A stretch of 64,000 nucleotides of DNA from an uncultured delta proteobacterium. GTDB taxonomy: Bacteria > Desulfobacterota > RBG-13-43-22. Both the position numbers and the translations under genes were made by a program. Numbering within the stretch: position 1 is the first letter of the stretch; the number at the start of each line of letters is the position of its first letter. The stretch spans positions 96,001 to 160,000 of the forward strand of contig CAVQFQ010000005.1 in assembly GCA_963711835.1 (NCBI GenBank), read 5' to 3'. This document shows, in pieces, positions 39,491 through 48,284 of the stretch. The notes below the pieces were generated by a model, which saw only the letters and a program-made list of their open reading frames with translations, had not been told where the DNA came from and searched no databases.

Positions 39491-39590
39491 AAAAAAGAAA
39501 AACCCCTGCAGCAGCCCCAGGGGTGGTTAAGAGTCTATTAATTTTCCGTCCCAGTCCATCTGCCGGATCCAAGCGGATTCCTTTGTAACA
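39491..39590 (-). promoter_or_regulatory. pan RNA motif-like leader with intrinsic terminator upstream of panB
   Basis: Minus strand CCGCTTGGATCCGGCAGATGGACTGGGACGG bulged hairpin, then CCCCTG-GGGCTGCTG-CAGGGG and a T run just before the panB RBS. Matches the recalled pan motif pattern and position. Confidence 0.6.
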
Positions 39591-39641
39591 AGCCCGGAAA
39601 AATCGAGCTAACGAGGTTCCGAGTTTATTTGATTCAGCAAG

Positions 39642-40532
39642 TTAATTCCCGGCAGCGATCTTGGCCGCCTTGACCGTATTTTTCATCAGCATGGTAATGG
39701 TCATGGGGCCTACGCCGCCCGGCACCGGGGTGATCAGCCCGGCCTTTTCCTTTACCGTTTCAAAATCCACGTCCCCGGCCAGGATGGCCTTGCCCGAATC
39801 GCTCATCCCGATCCGGTTGACGCCCACATCGATCACCGTTGCGCCTTCTTTAACCCAATCCGCTTTGACGTACTTGGCCACGCCCGCGGCCACAACCAGG
39901 ATATCGGCCCGGCGGCAATGTTCAATGATTTTTTCGGGCGGGGTCCCGGTATGGACGATGGTAACGGTCGCATTGGCCCCTTCCTTCTTCTGGAGCATGA
40001 TATTGGCAATCGGCTTTCCGACGATATTGGAACGGCCGACCACGACCAATTCGGCCCCTTTGGTCTTAACGCCGGACCGAACCAGGAGTTCCTGGATCCC
40101 GGCCGGGGTACAAGGAAGATAATCGGCTTCCCCGATCATGAGCTTCCCGACATTGACCGGGTGAAACCCGTCCACGTCCTTTTTGGGGTCAATGGCGAAG
40201 AGGACCTTGGTTTCGTTGATATGTTTGGGAAGGGGCAACTGAACCAGGATGCCGTGGATTTTAGGGTCCTGGTTGTATTGGTTGATGAGGGCCAGGAGGG
40301 CCTCTTCATTAATATCAGCCGGCTGATTGTCTTGAATGGAAAAGAACCCCAATTCCTTGGCGGTCTTCCCTTTGGCGGTCACATAACTGACCGAGGCCGG
40401 GTTTTCCCCGACCAGAATCGTTACCAGGCCCGGGACGACACCGTATTGGGCCTTCAGCTTATCGACTTCCTGTTTCAGTTCTTCGCGGATTTGTTTGGCC
40501 ACTTCAACGCCGCTGATGATTTTCGCAGCCAT
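39642..40532 (-). CDS. folD: Methylenetetrahydrofolate dehydrogenase/cyclohydrolase
   Basis: GILVQLPLP, KDVDGFHP, PCTP, GRSNIVGKP and TPVPGGVGPMT. Confidence 0.98.
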   Translation of the reverse strand: MAAKIISGVEVAKQIREELKQEVDKLKAQYGVVPGLVTILVGENPASVSYVTAKGKTAKELGFFSIQDNQPADINEEALLALINQYNQDPKIHGILVQLPLPKHINETKVLFAIDPKKDVDGFHPVNVGKLMIGEADYLPCTPAGIQELLVRSGVKTKGAELVVVGRSNIVGKPIANIMLQKKEGANATVTIVHTGTPPEKIIEHCRRADILVVAAGVAKYVKADWVKEGATVIDVGVNRIGMSDSGKAILAGDVDFETVKEKAGLITPVPGGVGPMTITMLMKNTVKAAKIAAGN

Positions 40533-40592
40533 GCCTTTCTCCTTTCAAAAAATTTATTTTTGACAACCTCGCCAAAAGTCCTCAGGGCTGTC

Positions 40593-40894
40593 TTATTAAG
40601 GGTCTCAAAATAATAGTGACCAACAGGGACCGGGGGGTCTTCTTTTCTGGGGTTGTCCAAAGGGTAACTCATCGCCCTATCCCGGCCCGGACGGCTAAAG
40701 GGGTTAGGTGCAGGGCATTCACTCAAGTCCGTTTCGGGCATTAGTGTAGGCCTGTCTCTGAATGTGATCCCGAATTTGGCCCGGCAAAGAAGCATTGGGC
40801 TTGAAGGTGGACAACCCAGAAAAGAAGACCCCCCGGTCCCATTTAAGTCAAGCTCCTCAATTTCATGTCAAGACTATTATGAGACCCTTAATAA
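40593..40894 (+). mobile_element. MITE family B, filled copy containing the longest cassette (40626-40840)
   Basis: TIRs TTATTAAGGGTCTCA...TGAGACCCTTAATAA. Inner 33 bp arms GGGACCGGGGGGTCTTCTTTTCTGGG(G)TTGTCCA. Core homologous to those at 19.6 kb and 28.5 kb. Confidence 0.88.
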
Positions 40895-41087
40895 AAAGAT
40901 CGTCGTAAGTACTCTTTTAATTATCAAAGAAAGCCGAAGGGAGTCAATATAAAAGTTGGCCGAATAAAAATCATCCTTTCATAGCCAAGGGAAACCCCCC
41001 AAATGGACTGGAGGACCCCGGACTCAGGTCGAAAAAAATGAAAAATAGGATTTACACCGACAATCGGCTATGCTATTTATTAGGACC

Positions 41088-41426
41088 ATGCGGATACTTC
41101 TCCTGAAATGGGTAATCAATGCCCTGGCCCTGATGGCCGCCTCCTATCTGGTCAAGGGGATTGATGTAGCCGGTCCGGGAAGTCTCATCCTGGCCGCAGC
41201 CTTGCTGGGCATCCTTAATGCCCTGGTCCGGCCCATCTTGATCCTCCTGACACTCCCCATCAACCTCATTACCTTAGGGCTCTTTACCCTGGTCATTAAT
41301 GGTTTCATGCTCTGGATGGTCTCGCTCTTGGTTAAGGGATTCATCCTTCACGGGTTTGGGCCGGCCTTCTGGGGGGCCTTGATCATCAGCCTGGTAAGCT
41401 GGTTTTTGAACTGGTTAATCCATTAA
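41088..41426 (+). CDS. Phage holin family (YvlD-like) membrane protein
   Basis: LGILNALVRPILILLTLPINLITLGLFTLVING. Confidence 0.9.
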   Translation: MRILLLKWVINALALMAASYLVKGIDVAGPGSLILAAALLGILNALVRPILILLTLPINLITLGLFTLVINGFMLWMVSLLVKGFILHGFGPAFWGALIISLVSWFLNWLIH

Positions 41427-41454
41427 AAGGCCTGTTGCGAAAGGATAACAACCT

Positions 41455-42537
41455 ATGGCCCAAATCGATGCCTTTTTCCGGTTGATGCACGAACAGGGGG
41501 CCTCGGACTTGCACATGGTCTCCGGGAGCCAGCCGATCCTGCGTATCCGGGGGGAAATGGAGCGGATCAAGTATAAAGAATTGACCAATGAGGAACTCCG
41601 GGTCCTGCTTTTCGAGATCACCCCGGAAGAAAAGATCAAGCAGTTTGAAGAGACCGGAGATATTGATTTCGCCTACGAATTGCCCGGTGTGGCCCGCTAC
41701 CGGGTCAACTATTTCCGGCAACTCTACGGCATCGGCGGGGTGTTTCGGGAAATCCCCAACAAGGTTCTGACGTTGGATGAGCTGGGGCTGCCCATGGTGG
41801 TCAAACGCCTGGCTTTGCTGCCCAAGGGATTGGTCTTGGTGACCGGGCCTACCGGAAGCGGCAAATCAACCACCCTGGCGGCCATCGTCGATCATGCCAA
41901 CCGGATCCGCAAGGACCATATTATCACCGTTGAAGATCCGATCGAATTTGTTCACCAGGGCATCAATTGCGTAGTCAATCACCGGGAGGTCGGAAGGCAT
42001 ACCCGCTCTTTCGCCGCGGCCTTGCGGGGGGCCTTGCGGGAGGATCCGGATATCATTATGGTCGGGGAGATGCGGGACCTGGAGACTATTTCCCTGGCCA
42101 TCGAAGCCGCCGAAACCGGCCACCTGGTCTTTGCCACCCTTCATACCATCAGCGCCTCCAAGACCGTAGACCGAATTATCGAGGTCTTCCCGGCCTACCA
42201 GCAGGCCCAGATCAGGGCCACCCTGGCCGATGCCTTGCGGGCGGTTATTTCCCAAACTCTCTTCAAACGGATTGATCGTAAAGGACGGGTGGCCTCCCTG
42301 GAGATCCTCATCGCCACCCATGCCGTCCGGAATATGATTCGGGAGGGTAAGACCTATCAGATCCCCTCGGTCCTTCAAACCGGGAGAAAATTCGGCATGC
42401 AGTCCCTGGATGATGCCATTATGGACTATTTGAAAAAGGGCTGGATCTCCGGAGACGATGCCTATATGAAATGCGTTGACAAAGAAAAATTCAAACCCTA
42501 TGTCAGTGAATATCTAACGGATTTTACAGAGGTATAA
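41455..42537 (+). CDS. pilT: Type IV pilus retraction ATPase PilT
   Basis: ASDLH, GPTGSGKST, EDPIE, LREDPDIIMVGEMRD, AETGH, AVRNMIRE and GMQSLD. Confidence 0.95.
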   Translation: MAQIDAFFRLMHEQGASDLHMVSGSQPILRIRGEMERIKYKELTNEELRVLLFEITPEEKIKQFEETGDIDFAYELPGVARYRVNYFRQLYGIGGVFREIPNKVLTLDELGLPMVVKRLALLPKGLVLVTGPTGSGKSTTLAAIVDHANRIRKDHIITVEDPIEFVHQGINCVVNHREVGRHTRSFAAALRGALREDPDIIMVGEMRDLETISLAIEAAETGHLVFATLHTISASKTVDRIIEVFPAYQQAQIRATLADALRAVISQTLFKRIDRKGRVASLEILIATHAVRNMIREGKTYQIPSVLQTGRKFGMQSLDDAIMDYLKKGWISGDDAYMKCVDKEKFKPYVSEYLTDFTEV

Positions 42538-42540
42538 CCT

Positions 42541-43719
42541 ATGCGCCAGGCCGAATTGGATGCCGTCCTCTCTCGCATTGTACGGACCTTTCCCCAAATC
42601 TCGGACATCAACCTGACCGTGGGGCGCCCCCTTCAGGTGGATTCCTATGGACAACTGGTCCCGGTAAAACTGAATCCTCCGATCCCTGCCCTGACCCCTT
42701 TTCAGACCGAGGTCTTTTGTCTCAACCTCCTCCGGTCCGACCGTCGCCTGCTGCAGAATCTCTTGCGGGAAGGCTCCTGCGATTTTTCCTATGAGATCGA
42801 AGAGAAAGTCCGTTTCCGGGTGAACGTTTTTTCCCATCGCAATTGCCTGGGGAGCGTTATGCGGAAGCTGCCGGTCCAGGTCCCGACCATCGAGCAGATG
42901 AATCTCCCCCCGGTCTTTAAAAAAATGGCCCAGGAAAAAAACGGCATCATCCTCTTCACCGGGGCGACCGGCACCGGAAAAACCACCTCCCTGGCGGCCA
43001 TCCTGGAAGAAATTAATGAAAAGCTGGCCGTCCACGTCATTACCCTCGAAGACCCGATCGAATATGTCCATGCCCACAAGAAGGCCACCTTCAACCAGCG
43101 GGAGCTGGGCGGCGATTTTGATACCTACGCCCACGGGCTGCGGGCCGCTCTCCGGCAGGCCCCCAAGGTCATTCTGGTCGGTGAAATCCGGGATCGGGAA
43201 ACCATGGAAACCGCCCTGACTGCGGCTGAGACCGGGCACCTGGTCTTCAGTACCCTCCATACCGTGGATGCCGCCCATACCCTGAACCGGATTATGGGCA
43301 TGTTCCCCCTTGAGGAGGAGAAACAGGTCCGCACCCGGCTGGCCGGGTCTCTGCGCTGGATTGTCTGCCAGCGACTTCTACCCCGCCAGGACATCCAGGG
43401 CCGGTATGCGGTCTTTGAAATCCTGATGACCTCACTCCGGATCCAGGATCTGATCCTTAACGGTGAGTCGGAAGGCAAGAGCTTCTACGAAGTGATCGAA
43501 GCCACCCATGGCTTCGGAGGCCAGACTTTTGATCAGGATATTATCGCCGCCTACCTGAAAGGGATTATCAGCGAAGAAACGGCCATTCTTTACGCCTCCA
43601 GGCGCTCGGCTGTGACCATGGGGGTGGATAAGCTGAAGGCCGGCCGCGGCGAAAAAACAACCGATATTGTCGGGCTGAAGCTGGATACCGATTATGAAAA
43701 AAAGGCTTTCCGTGAATAA
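42541..43719 (+). CDS. PilT/PilU family ATPase paralog
   Basis: GATGTGKTT, EDPIE, LRQAPKVILVGEIRD, AETGH and GGQTFD. Lacks the AIRNLIRE motif. Confidence 0.9.
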   Translation: MRQAELDAVLSRIVRTFPQISDINLTVGRPLQVDSYGQLVPVKLNPPIPALTPFQTEVFCLNLLRSDRRLLQNLLREGSCDFSYEIEEKVRFRVNVFSHRNCLGSVMRKLPVQVPTIEQMNLPPVFKKMAQEKNGIILFTGATGTGKTTSLAAILEEINEKLAVHVITLEDPIEYVHAHKKATFNQRELGGDFDTYAHGLRAALRQAPKVILVGEIRDRETMETALTAAETGHLVFSTLHTVDAAHTLNRIMGMFPLEEEKQVRTRLAGSLRWIVCQRLLPRQDIQGRYAVFEILMTSLRIQDLILNGESEGKSFYEVIEATHGFGGQTFDQDIIAAYLKGIISEETAILYASRRSAVTMGVDKLKAGRGEKTTDIVGLKLDTDYEKKAFRE

Positions 43720-43736
43720 TGTTGAGGAGGGGAAGC

Positions 43737-44204
43737 ATGTCTAACCTCTGGCTGGAGCCGAGTCCGGAAATCCTGAAAGGGAAAAAAGTCCTTTTGGCCA
43801 TGGAACCGTCTTCCATAAATGAGCTTCTTTCCCCGCTTCTGATCGAAGCCGGGGCCCTGCCCAAACAGGTGGGCACGCTGGAGGAAGCCGTCCACACCAT
43901 CCAATTTTCACCGCCCGATTTTATTATTCTTTGTGCCGGTTTTACCACCCACCATCCTCTTCAGAATCCCCTGCTTAACTTTCTCCAAAAAATGCCGGCC
44001 GCCAATCGCAGGAACCTTTTTCTGGTCTGGATCAGTGCCGAAGCAAAAACCAAGGATTACTTATCAGCCTTCGCGCTCAGTGTTCATCTGACGATCCATC
44101 CCGATTACCTGGAGAGTCTGGTGGACCTGATTAACGATTCCTGGAAGGAATGGAAGGAGCTGTACCAGGCTTTCCTTCAAACTCAGGAAGAGGTCTCGAG
44201 ATAG
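43737..44204 (+). CDS. Hypothetical protein, degenerate receiver-like fold
   Basis: RBS GAGGAGG and a KKVLLA...EEAV...PDFIIL pattern. Co-oriented with the pilT pair. Confidence 0.6.
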   Translation: MSNLWLEPSPEILKGKKVLLAMEPSSINELLSPLLIEAGALPKQVGTLEEAVHTIQFSPPDFIILCAGFTTHHPLQNPLLNFLQKMPAANRRNLFLVWISAEAKTKDYLSAFALSVHLTIHPDYLESLVDLINDSWKEWKELYQAFLQTQEEVSR

Positions 44205-44211
44205 GCTGCCG

Positions 44212-44487
44212 ATGGCTTCCCGGACTTACCAGAGACAACTCCGCCTGCAGCATTGTTTGGATACGATCCTGGAGGTACATGAATTTATGGGTGGCCGAAC
44301 GATTCAAAGAGAGATTGTCCAGCAGTTGGAAAACTTAAAGGACCTGATCTCCCATTTTCAACCCCAGGACCTGACTGAGCCGGACCTGCTGAAAATTGAA
44401 GTTTCCACCAACCACCTCCTCCTGGAGCTGACCCATATTTTTCGCCTTAAGAAGTTAGGGCCCCTCCACAGCGGGTTGACTCATTGA
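44212..44487 (+). CDS. Hypothetical protein
   Basis: 91 aa helical ORF in operon position. Confidence 0.55.
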   Translation: MASRTYQRQLRLQHCLDTILEVHEFMGGRTIQREIVQQLENLKDLISHFQPQDLTEPDLLKIEVSTNHLLLELTHIFRLKKLGPLHSGLTH

Positions 44488-44543
44488 AAGCCTCCGGGGC
44501 TTTTTCAGACACCCCCGCTGCCTTTTTTCAGTCCTCCTGACGA

Positions 44544-46046
44544 ATGAGGCAGCTTTTCAACAGCCCTTATTTTAAAACCTATTTTTGTCTTCAGTTGGTC
44601 TTTTTTCTGGGGCGTTCCGTTTATGCCTGGATCTTGCCCCTGAGCCCCCAGGAGGCCTATTATTGGGTTTATACGCTCCATCCCGACCTCAGTTACTTTG
44701 ACCACCCTCCTCTGACGGCCTATACCATTTATCCCCTGACCCGGCTTTTCGGCACCCAGCCCTTTACCATCCGCCTGGGTGGGCTGCTTTATTTTTTCGG
44801 CTTCGGGTGGATTGTCTTCTATCTGGGAAAACGATTGTGGAATGAGCAGACCGGGTTCTTGGCCGCTCTCTTGATCCATCTGCTGCCGACTTTTTCCATT
44901 ACGGCCCTGATCATGACGCCTGACGGGCCGCTCCTCTTTTTCTGGACCCTGGGCCTGCTCTTGGTCCTGAAGGCCTTGCAGGAAAGCCGGGGCTGGTACA
45001 TCGGAGCCGGGTGCAGCTTGGGACTGGCCCTCCTTTCCAAATATACGGCCGTCTTTTTTCCCCTTTCCCTCTTCCTCTTTTTGATGCTTTCCAACGACCA
45101 CCGCCGGCACTTGAAAACCGCCAGCCCTTATTTGGGATTGGCGCTGGCCCTGCTGATCTTCAGCCCGGTCGTCTTCTGGAACACCCGCCACGAATGGGCC
45201 TCCTTTGCCTTCCAGTCTTCCGAAAGGGCGCTGGAAATGAGGCAGTTTTCCTTGAAGGAACTGGTCGCTTTTTTGGGCTCCCAGATGGGCATCCTGACGC
45301 CTCTGGTTTTTTGGGGACTGGTCTGGACCATCGGCTTGGGCCTCAGGCGCTTCTTCCAGCCCGGTCTTTGGGAGGAAAAATTTCTTTTGAGCCAGGGGCT
45401 GCCCCTGGTCCTCTTTTTTACCGCCGTGGCCTTCCTGGAATGGGTCAAGATAAACTGGCTGATCCCGGCCTATGCCCCTCTGATCCTGCTGATGGTCGCC
45501 TATCACCAAAAGCAGTTTTTTAAACAGCCTGGGGTTTATGCCTGGTATGCCAGGTGGGTTTGGATCTTGGCCGGGCTTTTTTTTGTGCTGCTGCACCTCT
45601 GGCCCCTGTCGCCTTTTATCAAGGTTTCAGGCTCCCTGGACACCACCACCGGCTGGCCAGAGCTAGCCTCGGAGGTGGACCGGCATAGACAAGGTTTCCC
45701 AGGCTCCCGGGAACCCTTCATTTTCGCCTGGGGCCACAAAACAGCCTCGGAGCTTCGTTTTTATTTAAAAGGGCGGCCTCCGGTCCAGGCCCAGACGGTG
45801 CTGGGCAAAAAGGCCCTGGCCTATGACTATTGGTTCGATCCGGCGCCGCTGATCGGGCGGGATGCCCTTTTTATCTGGTCGGAATTTGAAAACTTTCCGG
45901 AAGAAAAATCCGGACTCCTGGAGCAGTACTTTGCAAAGGTCGAAAAAGTCCGGCCTTTTACCGTCTATCGTGGACCCCATCCCCTGCGGACCTTTTATAT
46001 CTATCGCTGCTATGGTTATAAGGGCTACGCGTTTAACCGTCCCTAA
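44544..46046 (+). CDS. ArnT/PMT (GT39/GT83-like) membrane glycosyltransferase
   Basis: QEAYYW, SYFDHPPL, TPDGPL, LSKYT and many TM segments. Confidence 0.9.
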   Translation: MRQLFNSPYFKTYFCLQLVFFLGRSVYAWILPLSPQEAYYWVYTLHPDLSYFDHPPLTAYTIYPLTRLFGTQPFTIRLGGLLYFFGFGWIVFYLGKRLWNEQTGFLAALLIHLLPTFSITALIMTPDGPLLFFWTLGLLLVLKALQESRGWYIGAGCSLGLALLSKYTAVFFPLSLFLFLMLSNDHRRHLKTASPYLGLALALLIFSPVVFWNTRHEWASFAFQSSERALEMRQFSLKELVAFLGSQMGILTPLVFWGLVWTIGLGLRRFFQPGLWEEKFLLSQGLPLVLFFTAVAFLEWVKINWLIPAYAPLILLMVAYHQKQFFKQPGVYAWYARWVWILAGLFFVLLHLWPLSPFIKVSGSLDTTTGWPELASEVDRHRQGFPGSREPFIFAWGHKTASELRFYLKGRPPVQAQTVLGKKALAYDYWFDPAPLIGRDALFIWSEFENFPEEKSGLLEQYFAKVEKVRPFTVYRGPHPLRTFYIYRCYGYKGYAFNRP

Positions 46047-46051
46047 ATCTA

Positions 46052-48220
46052 TTAAAAACTGGAGAGCTGCCTCAGCCTTTCCTTTAAAAAACTGTAACGC
46101 CCCTGGGGTTTGTTGTTTTTAATGCCGATGGCCAGGGCCTTTTTGGTCCCGATCAGGATCAGTAAGCGCTTGGCCCGGGTCATGGCGGTGTAAATGAGGT
46201 TTCGCTGCAGGAGGATATAATGCTGGGTCATGACCGGCAGGATCACCGCCGGATACTCGTTGCCCTGGGACTTGTGGACCGAGATGGCATAGGCCAGCAC
46301 CAGTTCCTCCAGTTCATTAAATTCATAAAGGACGAAACGGCCGTCGAAGTTCACCCAGGCTTCCTGGTTCTCGGAGTCAATTTTAACCAGGCGGCCGATA
46401 TCCCCGTTAAAAACCTCCTTTTCATAGTTGTTGCGGATCTGCATGACCTTGTCCCCTAATTTAAAAAGCCGCGGCCCCCGTTGGAGGGTCAGGGTTTCCT
46501 GGTTTAAGCGTTGCTGCAGCAGGAGGTTTAAGTTCTCGGCCCCGACTGCGCCTTTATACATGGGGGTCAGGACCTGGATATCCTGAAAGGGGTCCAGTCG
46601 ATAGCGCTGGGGAATTTTTCCCTGAACCAGTTCCAGGATCCACTGGGCCGCCTTTTCCGGTTCTTCTTGCGGGATAAAGAAAAATTCCTGGTTTCGCCGG
46701 TCTTCCTCCTGGGGAATGATGGGCATATCGCCCTGATGGATCCGGTGGGCGTTGACAATGATCAGGCTTCCTTCGGCCTGCCTAAAAATCTGTTTTAATT
46801 CAACGACCGGGATCCGGCCGGATTGGATCAGATCGGAAAGGACATTGCCCGGGCCTACGGAAGGTAACTGAAAAACATCCCCGACCAGTATGACCACCGC
46901 CTGATCAGGCACGGCCTTGAGGAGATGATGCATCAGGAAGGTGTCGACCATGGAGGCCTCATCCACCACCACCAGATCGGCGTTGAAAGGGTGGTCCTGG
47001 TCCTTCTGAAATTTCCCCAATTTGGGATTATATCCCAGGGCCCGGTGGATGGTGGCGGCCGGGTAATGGGTCACTTCCCCCAGGCGCTTGGCCGCCCGCC
47101 CGGTAGGCGCCATCAAAACTCCCTTTTTCCCCAGCCGTTTAAAGATCTCCAGGATGGAACGAATGATGGTGGTCTTTCCGGTGCCGGGCCCTCCGGTGAT
47201 GATCAGCACCTTGTGTTCCAGGGCCTTTTGGATGGCCTCCTTCTGCTGCTCGGAAAGATGAAGCCGCAAGGCCCCCTCGACCTGGGCCAGGACCGCTTCC
47301 AGACCTTTTTCCTTTTTAGGCAGGCCCTGAAGCAGGGCGGTCACCCGGCGGGCAATGCCTTCCTCGGAAAGATCCAGATAGGGCAGGAAGATCAGCGGCA
47401 GGCCGTCCGATCGGGTGCGCTGCTGAAGCTGATGCTCCTTCAGCAGGAGCGCCAGGGTTTCCTTGACCAGGGACTTGGGGATCTCCAGTTGGTTCGAGGC
47501 TGATTCCAACAGCTCTTCTTCCGGAAGGCAGGCATGCCCTTCATCGCTTTTTTGCTGCAGAAAATAAATCAGCCCGGCCTGCCGGCGGACCGGGGCCTCC
47601 TTGGCAATACCCATCTTCTGGGCGATCCGATCGGCCGTCAAGAATCCCACCCCGAAGAGATCGGCGGCCAGGGCATAGGGATTCTCTCTGATTTTACTGA
47701 CGGACTGCTGCCCGTAGGCCTTGAAGATCTTAAAGGCCAGCCCGGTCGTCACCCCGTGGCCCTGTAAAAAAATCATGATCCGCCGGATTTCTTTCTGCTC
47801 CTGCCAGGCGGCTTTAATCTGGACAATGCGTTTGGGGCCAATGCCTTCCACCTTGGCCAGCAGGCGGGGTTCTTTTTCAATTACGTCCAGGGTCTTGAGG
47901 CCGAACTGTTTAATGATCCGCTTGGCCATCTCCGGGCCGATGCCCTTGATCAACCCCGATCCCAGATAGCGTTCAATGCCCAGGACCGTGGCCGGGACCT
48001 GGGATTCATAGCTTTCAACCCGGATCTGAAGGCCGTAGCGGGGGTGCTGCTCCGTGCTGCCGGTAATCTTCAAAATTTCGCCGGGAGAGACAGAAATGAG
48101 ATTTCCAATGATAGTGACCAGCTCTCTCAGGCCCTTGACCTTTAACTTGGCGATGGTAAAGTGGTCGGCTTCGTTAAAATAGGTCACCCGCTCCACCTGG
48201 CCTTCCAGGGTGATCGGCAT
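46052..48220 (-). CDS. recD2: ATP-dependent RecD2-like DNA helicase
   Basis: YLGSGLIKGIGP, ENPY, GGPGTGKTT, APTGRAAKR, DEASM, VGPG, FNGDIG and HKSQG. Confidence 0.95.
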   Translation of the reverse strand: MPITLEGQVERVTYFNEADHFTIAKLKVKGLRELVTIIGNLISVSPGEILKITGSTEQHPRYGLQIRVESYESQVPATVLGIERYLGSGLIKGIGPEMAKRIIKQFGLKTLDVIEKEPRLLAKVEGIGPKRIVQIKAAWQEQKEIRRIMIFLQGHGVTTGLAFKIFKAYGQQSVSKIRENPYALAADLFGVGFLTADRIAQKMGIAKEAPVRRQAGLIYFLQQKSDEGHACLPEEELLESASNQLEIPKSLVKETLALLLKEHQLQQRTRSDGLPLIFLPYLDLSEEGIARRVTALLQGLPKKEKGLEAVLAQVEGALRLHLSEQQKEAIQKALEHKVLIITGGPGTGKTTIIRSILEIFKRLGKKGVLMAPTGRAAKRLGEVTHYPAATIHRALGYNPKLGKFQKDQDHPFNADLVVVDEASMVDTFLMHHLLKAVPDQAVVILVGDVFQLPSVGPGNVLSDLIQSGRIPVVELKQIFRQAEGSLIIVNAHRIHQGDMPIIPQEEDRRNQEFFFIPQEEPEKAAQWILELVQGKIPQRYRLDPFQDIQVLTPMYKGAVGAENLNLLLQQRLNQETLTLQRGPRLFKLGDKVMQIRNNYEKEVFNGDIGRLVKIDSENQEAWVNFDGRFVLYEFNELEELVLAYAISVHKSQGNEYPAVILPVMTQHYILLQRNLIYTAMTRAKRLLILIGTKKALAIGIKNNKPQGRYSFLKERLRQLSSF

Positions 48221-48284
48221 CTTCGGTTTTAATGGGTTTTCCAGGGGGTGCCTTCTTTTATCTCGATGTTGCGAAAGTTGAGGT

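Noticed and set aside
40475-40952. Short ORFs sharing PRKEDPPVP and YYETLNK
   Set aside because: Translations of the two arms of the inverted repeats, not genes.
41088-41426. Prophage suggested by the holin-family gene
   Set aside because: YvlD-like proteins are common chromosomal genes, and there are no phage genes nearby.
44505-45596. 363-aa minus-strand ORF
   Set aside because: Antisense shadow of the glycosyltransferase.
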